Assembly: GCA_963641405.1 (NCBI GenBank)
Contig: CAVICC010000002.1
Coordinates: 6,002 to 70,001 of the forward strand
Direction of reading: 5' to 3'
Length of the DNA stretch: 64,000 bases
Origin: a bacterium
GTDB taxonomy: Bacteria; Bacillota; Clostridia; Lachnospirales; Lachnospiraceae
In this document: positions 59,146 through 64,000 of the stretch, piece by piece
Numbering within the stretch: the stretch's first letter is position 1
Layout of the letters: every line of letters starts with the position of its first letter
Position numbers and translations under genes: made by a program
Notes under the pieces: generated by a model
Database searches by the model: none
Told to the model about the DNA's origin: nothing
What the model saw: the letters and a program-made list of their open reading frames with translations, nothing else

Positions 59146-61002
59146 TTATAATTCCTGCATGATGCGGTCTGCCACAGAGTCAGCATCAACTTTAAGCTCC
59201 TTTTTTAAAAGATCCACATTGCCGTGCTCCACATAGCAGTCAGGCAATGCGATATTTAATACTTTAAGTGCCAGCTCATGTGACTTTACATATTCTGTAA
59301 CATGTTCTCCGAATCCCCCACTTAGGACATTTTCTTCCATGGTAACAAGCCAATCATGATCTGCCTGCAGTTCTTTTATAGCAGCTTTGTCAAATGGCAT
59401 CGCAAATCTGGCATTGATAAATGTAGCATTTATCCCCTTTCTTTGAAGAATATCTACTACAACAGACGCTGTTGCTACCATACTGCCAAGAGCCATTATC
59501 GCCACTCTTTTTCCGCGTTTTATCAGCTCACTTTTCCCAAATTCTATTGGTTCTCTTATATCTTTAAGTCCATCATAAGCTGTGCCTCGCGGATATCTTA
59601 CTGAGATCGGGCCGTCATAAGCTACTGCAAATTTCATCATATCTGAGAGCTCCCATTTGTTTTTTGGAGCCATTATTGTCATATTTGGTATGGCAGAAAG
59701 GTATGATATGTCAAAGATACCCTGATGAGTCTCTCCGTCACTGCCTACAAGTCCTGCCCTGTCTATAGCAAATACCACATGCAGATTCTGTATACATACA
59801 TCATGCAGCACCTGATCGAATGCTCTCTGCAAAAATGATGAATATACTGCAAAAACTGGGATAAGTCCTGCTTTTGCCAGTCCTGCCGCAAATGTCGTGG
59901 CATGTGCCTCTGCGATTCCTACATCAAAAAATCGATCTGGAAAATTCCTGTGAAACCGTCTAAGCCCGGTGCCATCTGCCATAGCTGCTGTTATCGCAAC
60001 TACATTTGGATTTCTCTCACCCATCTTTTTCATGACAGTTGAAAATACATCTGTATAATTGGCCTTTGTACGCTTTTTCTTTGGAAGTCCAGTCTCAATA
60101 TCAAAAGGCTCTGCGCCGTGAAATCTCGATGGATAGCGCTCTGCCGGGCCGTATCCTGCGCCTTTTTTGGTAAGTATATGCACAAGCACAGCTCCATTTA
60201 CTCTTTTTGCGTCTTCAAATACTCTGCACATCTCATGTATGTCGCTTCCATCAACCGGTCCAAGGTACGTTATTCCCATCTCCTCAAAAAACATACCCGG
60301 AATCAGCAGTTGTTTTATACTGCTTTTTGTATTGCGTATGCCCTTTACCATGCGCTCGCCATATACCGGTATCTGATTAAGTGAATTCATGATATTATTC
60401 TTTAGATCTCTGTATGCATCTGCAGTGCGAAATCCTGACAGATACTGACTTACTCCGCCGACATTTTCAGAAATCGACATATTGTTGTCATTTAATACAA
60501 TTATAAAGTTTGTCTTTATACTCGAAGCATTGTTTAATGCTTCATATGCCATGCCTCCTGTAAGCGCACCGTCACCTATAACAGAGACAACATGATAATC
60601 ATCCCCCGTCACCTGTCTTGCCATCGCAAGTCCAAGTCCTGCCGACACTGATGTGGAGCTGTGTCCTGTGTTAAAACAATCGCAGTCGCTCTCATCTGTT
60701 TTAGGAAATCCGCTCATACCACCATACTGTCTTAGGGTGGTAAAGCCTTCTTTCCTTCCAGTGAGTATCTTGTGTGTATATGACTGATGCCCTACATCCC
60801 ATACTATCTTATCCTGTGGCAGATCAAAACTTAGATGAAGTGCCATGGTAAGTTCTACTACGCCAAGGTTAGAGGCAAGATGTCCACCTGTGACAGATAT
60901 CGACTCTATAAGGAATTTTCTGATCTCATCCCTTAATTCCTCAAGCTCTGCCGGTGCAAGTTTTTTTATATCATTTTCTTTTTGTATCTTTTCTAAAACC
61001 AT
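59146..61002 (-). CDS. dxs: 1-deoxy-D-xylulose-5-phosphate synthase
   Basis: GGHLASNLG, WDVGHQ, GDGALTGG, DVGIAE, DRAGLVG, RYPRG. Confidence 0.97.
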   Translation of the reverse strand: MVLEKIQKENDIKKLAPAELEELRDEIRKFLIESISVTGGHLASNLGVVELTMALHLSFDLPQDKIVWDVGHQSYTHKILTGRKEGFTTLRQYGGMSGFPKTDESDCDCFNTGHSSTSVSAGLGLAMARQVTGDDYHVVSVIGDGALTGGMAYEALNNASSIKTNFIIVLNDNNMSISENVGGVSQYLSGFRTADAYRDLKNNIMNSLNQIPVYGERMVKGIRNTKSSIKQLLIPGMFFEEMGITYLGPVDGSDIHEMCRVFEDAKRVNGAVLVHILTKKGAGYGPAERYPSRFHGAEPFDIETGLPKKKRTKANYTDVFSTVMKKMGERNPNVVAITAAMADGTGLRRFHRNFPDRFFDVGIAEAHATTFAAGLAKAGLIPVFAVYSSFLQRAFDQVLHDVCIQNLHVVFAIDRAGLVGSDGETHQGIFDISYLSAIPNMTIMAPKNKWELSDMMKFAVAYDGPISVRYPRGTAYDGLKDIREPIEFGKSELIKRGKRVAIMALGSMVATASVVVDILQRKGINATFINARFAMPFDKAAIKELQADHDWLVTMEENVLSGGFGEHVTEYVKSHELALKVLNIALPDCYVEHGNVDLLKKELKVDADSVADRIMQEL

Positions 61003-61004
61003 CC

Positions 61005-61904
61005 CTACTTCTCCCGATGGATCAGATATTCAAATAATGCTTTAAGAAAAGTATCCTCCAGTTCAAAATCATCAAGTAGCTTTTCTGCTTCTTTTGATAT
61101 CCGTTCGACATCCGAAACTGCTTTATCCAATCCCTCAAAGGTGACATATGTCGCCTTGTTATTTTTTTCATCACTGCCAATTGGCTTACCAAGCACTTCA
61201 AGTGTGCTTGTAACATCAAGCACATCATCCTGAATCTGAAATGCCAGACCAAGCCTTGCTGCAATCTGTTCAACGCGCGCGATATCATCGTCGGTAGCAC
61301 CTGCAAGTATAGCACCTATCATCATAGAACTTTCAATAAGCGCACCTGTTTTTAGTCTGTATATAAAATCAAGTTTTTCTCTGGTAATCGGACAATTGTC
61401 TGATTTTTCACTGACTACATCAACTACCTGTCCACCTACCATGCCATATACTCCGGCTTTTTTAGCCAGAACCATAAATGCCTTTGCCACTGCCGGATTT
61501 TGTGGTTCCTCATCAAATGCCTTTGCCGCGGTCTCATATGCATAATTTAAAAGTGCATCTCCTGCGAGTATACCCATTGCCTCCCCATATACAGCATGTG
61601 TGGTTTTTTTGCCACGTCTGTACTCGTCATTGTCCATTGCTGGAAGATCATCGTGCACCAATGAATAAGTATGTATCATCTCGATGGCAGCCATAAAAGG
61701 CTCTATGACCTTTCCTCTGCCGCCGAACATATGATAAGTCTCCTCCATGAGCATCGGACGAAGCCTCTTTCCACCAGCTCTTATACTATAGTTCATTGCC
61801 TCAAATATCACCTGCTGATGTCCTTCTTCTGCCGGCAGATATGCCTCAAGTACACTATTTATGTGCTCCACTTTCTGTTGTAGTTCTCCCTGAAAACTCA
61901 TCAA
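61005..61904 (-). CDS. ispA: Polyprenyl (farnesyl) diphosphate synthase
   Basis: GGKRLRP, HDDLPAMDND, GQVVD, KTGAL, FQIQDD. Confidence 0.93.
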   Translation of the reverse strand: MMSFQGELQQKVEHINSVLEAYLPAEEGHQQVIFEAMNYSIRAGGKRLRPMLMEETYHMFGGRGKVIEPFMAAIEMIHTYSLVHDDLPAMDNDEYRRGKKTTHAVYGEAMGILAGDALLNYAYETAAKAFDEEPQNPAVAKAFMVLAKKAGVYGMVGGQVVDVVSEKSDNCPITREKLDFIYRLKTGALIESSMMIGAILAGATDDDIARVEQIAARLGLAFQIQDDVLDVTSTLEVLGKPIGSDEKNNKATYVTFEGLDKAVSDVERISKEAEKLLDDFELEDTFLKALFEYLIHREK

Positions 61905-62119
61905 AATTCCTCCAACTGTCCATCGCTGTTTAATACGAGCATGGCTTTTTCCATGCCCTGTATCATCTCATTTGCGCATTTTACCTCGTCAAGTCCCTTT
62001 TTGTATAGTTCAAAGGACTCGTCCAGCGAAACATTCTGATCTTCCATCTTTGCCACTATATCCTCTAGATTTGCAAAACGCTCCTCGAGTGTAGGGCTGT
62101 TATCTGTTTTACTGCTCAT
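61901..62119 (-). CDS. xseB: Exodeoxyribonuclease VII small subunit
   Basis: LEE...LEDIVAKME...SLDESFELYKKG; follows xseA. Confidence 0.92.
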   Translation of the reverse strand: MSSKTDNSPTLEERFANLEDIVAKMEDQNVSLDESFELYKKGLDEVKCANEMIQGMEKAMLVLNSDGQLEEF

Positions 62120-63320
62120 TCTTTTCTACCTCCGAGACGACAGCCTTAGCATGTCCGTCTATCAGATATATATTTATCTCATCGCCTGCGCTGATATCTG
62201 CGGTGCTGTGTACTGCTCCTTTGTCTGCTATATCCACATATGCATAACCCTGACTGAGCTTTCTTGCCGGTGAATATGCATCCAGTCTGCCCGAAAGCAT
62301 GGCAAGCCGCTGCTTACTGTCAGTAAATTTGCGCGCTATGCACTCTGACAGCTTATCCTCGATATCCGCAAGGCGTCTTTTATTCTCATTTAATTTGTTT
62401 ACCGGACTAAGAAATGTCATCCTGGTCTTTATATGTGAGAGCCTTTCCCTGTAAAAATCCAGCCTATTTGACAGATTGTTGTCCATCCTGTGTTTTAAAT
62501 TGTCAAGTCTCTCAAGCGTCTGCCTATAATTGCTTACTGCAAGCTCTGCCGCAGCCGACGGTGTAGGTGCTCTGCGGTCTGAAACAAAATCAGCTATCGT
62601 CCAGTCAGTCTCGTGACCTACCGCTGATATAATTGGTGTATTGCAGTCAAATATGGCTCTCGCAACGATTTCCTCATTGAATGCCCAAAGATCCTCTATA
62701 GATCCGCCACCACGGCCTACTATTATGACATCTAAATTCATCTGATCGAGTGCCTGTATACCATTTACTATGCTCTGTGCTGCGCCTTCTCCCTGTACAA
62801 GTGCTGGAAAAAGTATAAGCTGCACATACGGATTTCTTCGCGTAGATACATTTCTTATATCCTGCACTGCTGCACCTGTCGGTGCCGTAATGATGCCAAC
62901 TCGACTGGCATACTGTGGTATAGGCTGCTTGTACTCAGGTGCAAACATTCCCATCTCCTCAAGCTCTTTTTTGAGTTGTTCAAACTTAAGGTACAGATTG
63001 CCCTCTCCGTCAAGCTCGATCTTTTTGGCATAGATCTGATATGCTCCAGACTTTTCATATATTTCAACTGATCCGGTCACTATGACCTGATCTCCTTCTT
63101 TCATGCGAAATGAAAGACCACCAGCTCTGCTGCCAGCAAACATAATCGCATTCATGGCAGCATCGGCATCTTTGATCGTAAAATAAATATGTCCGCTGGT
63201 ATGGTACTTACAATTTGATACTTCCCCCTTTATGCTTACCTGACGAAGCATAAAATCCTGTGCGAACATATTCTTTATATAGCTATTTACTTGTGCTACT
63301 GAATAAACATTTCTTTTCAT
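62109..63320 (-). CDS. xseA: Exodeoxyribonuclease VII large subunit
   Basis: GEVSN, SGHIYFTIKD, RGGGSIEDLWAFN, SAVGHETD, RAPTPSAAAE. Confidence 0.97.
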   Translation of the reverse strand: MKRNVYSVAQVNSYIKNMFAQDFMLRQVSIKGEVSNCKYHTSGHIYFTIKDADAAMNAIMFAGSRAGGLSFRMKEGDQVIVTGSVEIYEKSGAYQIYAKKIELDGEGNLYLKFEQLKKELEEMGMFAPEYKQPIPQYASRVGIITAPTGAAVQDIRNVSTRRNPYVQLILFPALVQGEGAAQSIVNGIQALDQMNLDVIIVGRGGGSIEDLWAFNEEIVARAIFDCNTPIISAVGHETDWTIADFVSDRRAPTPSAAAELAVSNYRQTLERLDNLKHRMDNNLSNRLDFYRERLSHIKTRMTFLSPVNKLNENKRRLADIEDKLSECIARKFTDSKQRLAMLSGRLDAYSPARKLSQGYAYVDIADKGAVHSTADISAGDEINIYLIDGHAKAVVSEVEKNEQ

Positions 63321-63326
63321 AATATG

Positions 63327-63722
63327 CTATGCAAACTTTGCCAGGACTCCATTGACGAATGCTGAGGACTCATCTGAGCCATATTTCTTGGCAAGCTCAA
63401 CAGCTTCATTGATAGATACCTTTGTCGGTATTTCTTCCTCGTACTTTATCTCGTATAAAGCAAGTCTGATAATAGAAAGGTCTACCTTTGCCATACGTTT
63501 TGTCTTCCAGCCAGTAGATTTTTCATCGATCATAGCATCTATCTCATCTAAATGTGCGATAATATCTTTGCTCTTTTTGTCGATATATTCTCTATCTGCA
63601 TCTGTTGGATTTTCAAGCTCATCGTTTAACAGCTCAAGCTGCTCAAAAAGCTCATCCGCATCATGAAATTCTACTCTAAAAAGCATCTTAAAAACATTTT
63701 CTCTTATCTTACTTCTGGTCAT
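63327..63722 (-). CDS. nusB: Transcription antitermination factor NusB
   Basis: RSKIRE, R...[26 protein letters not shown]. Confidence 0.96.
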   Translation of the reverse strand: MTRSKIRENVFKMLFRVEFHDADELFEQLELLNDELENPTDADREYIDKKSKDIIAHLDEIDAMIDEKSTGWKTKRMAKVDLSIIRLALYEIKYEEEIPTKVSINEAVELAKKYGSDESSAFVNGVLAKFA

Positions 63723-63797
63723 TTAAATTCCTCTCGTAACTATTTTTAATATTTAGGCATACATCGATGATACCTTTGACCCTTTAATCATATTATA

Positions 63798-63828
63798 AAT
63801 TAAGGATGTCTATACGACATCCTTAATT
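63798..63828. terminator. Hairpin between the Asp23-family gene and nusB
   Basis: AATTAAGGATGTC / GACATCCTTAATT 13-bp perfect IR; weak U tract. Confidence 0.55.
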
Positions 63829-63861
63829 ATACTACATTTGTGCACATTTAAAAAGAACTAA

Positions 63862-64000
63862 TTAATTTTCTCCCATATCTACACTTGCTATTCGAACATT
63901 GATCGTAGCTACAGAAAGTCCTGTCATAGTCTCGATAGTAGACTTGACTTTTTCCTGTACCTTTGTAGAAACTTCCGGAATGCTGTATCCGTATGCAATA
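63862..64000 (-). CDS. Asp23/Gls24 family protein (YqhY-like), 3' end only
   Basis: My translation ...IAYGYSIPEVSTKVQEKVKSTIETMTGLSVATINVRIASVDMGEN*; canonical position upstream of nusB. Confidence 0.88.
   Translation of the reverse strand, partial: IAYGYSIPEVSTKVQEKVKSTIETMTGLSVATINVRIASVDMGEN

Noticed and set aside
341..63666. The many 60-210 aa ORFs antisense to or inside annotated genes (e.g. 9845-10369, 36756-37394, 56852-57424)
   Set aside because: Shadow ORFs of well-supported genes; no recognisable motifs.
1..64000. CRISPR array, integrase, transposase, prophage or reverse transcriptase genes
   Set aside because: No regularly spaced repeats and no ORF with the relevant motifs were seen by eye.

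Overview
Chromosomal segment of a low-GC Firmicute. Gene order and protein style suggest a motile gut Lachnospiraceae (inference). Most genes lie on the minus strand. Housekeeping genes include ppaC, nifJ, an ABC-F ATPase, ung, hisH/hisF, class III fbp, lysA, tRNA-Thr(GGT), the ispF-cysS-mrnC-rlmB-sigH-mecA run, pta, metY, metF and the nusB-xseAB-ispA-dxs-tlyA-nadK-argR-recN block. Chemotaxis/flagellar-type genes are scattered (cheV, a cheC-cheY pair, a FliD-like ORF, a lytic transglycosylase). An ~18 kb type IV pilus locus (32943-51127) encodes pilB, pilT, pilC, pilA, pilD, a pilMN fusion, a pilO-like gene, four minor pilins and a 1597-aa putative tip adhesin. I saw no CRISPR array, integrase, transposase or prophage gene. 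Best leads: (1) a translationally coupled pair of a cytoplasmic ParB/Srx-fold + BMP ligand-binding fusion protein and a metallophosphoesterase, possibly a nucleotide-sensing writer/eraser module; (2) a 55-bp promoter/inverted-repeat element duplicated in front of pilB and pilA; (3) a strand-asymmetric G.T-rich hairpin element on both sides of pilC; (4) an AT-rich minor-pilin/adhesin cassette whose adhesin carries a PilY1-type DxDxDGxxD motif; (5) sigH abutting mecA; (6) matched LysR-type boxes upstream of metY and metF; (7) a candidate structured sRNA upstream of tRNA-Thr.
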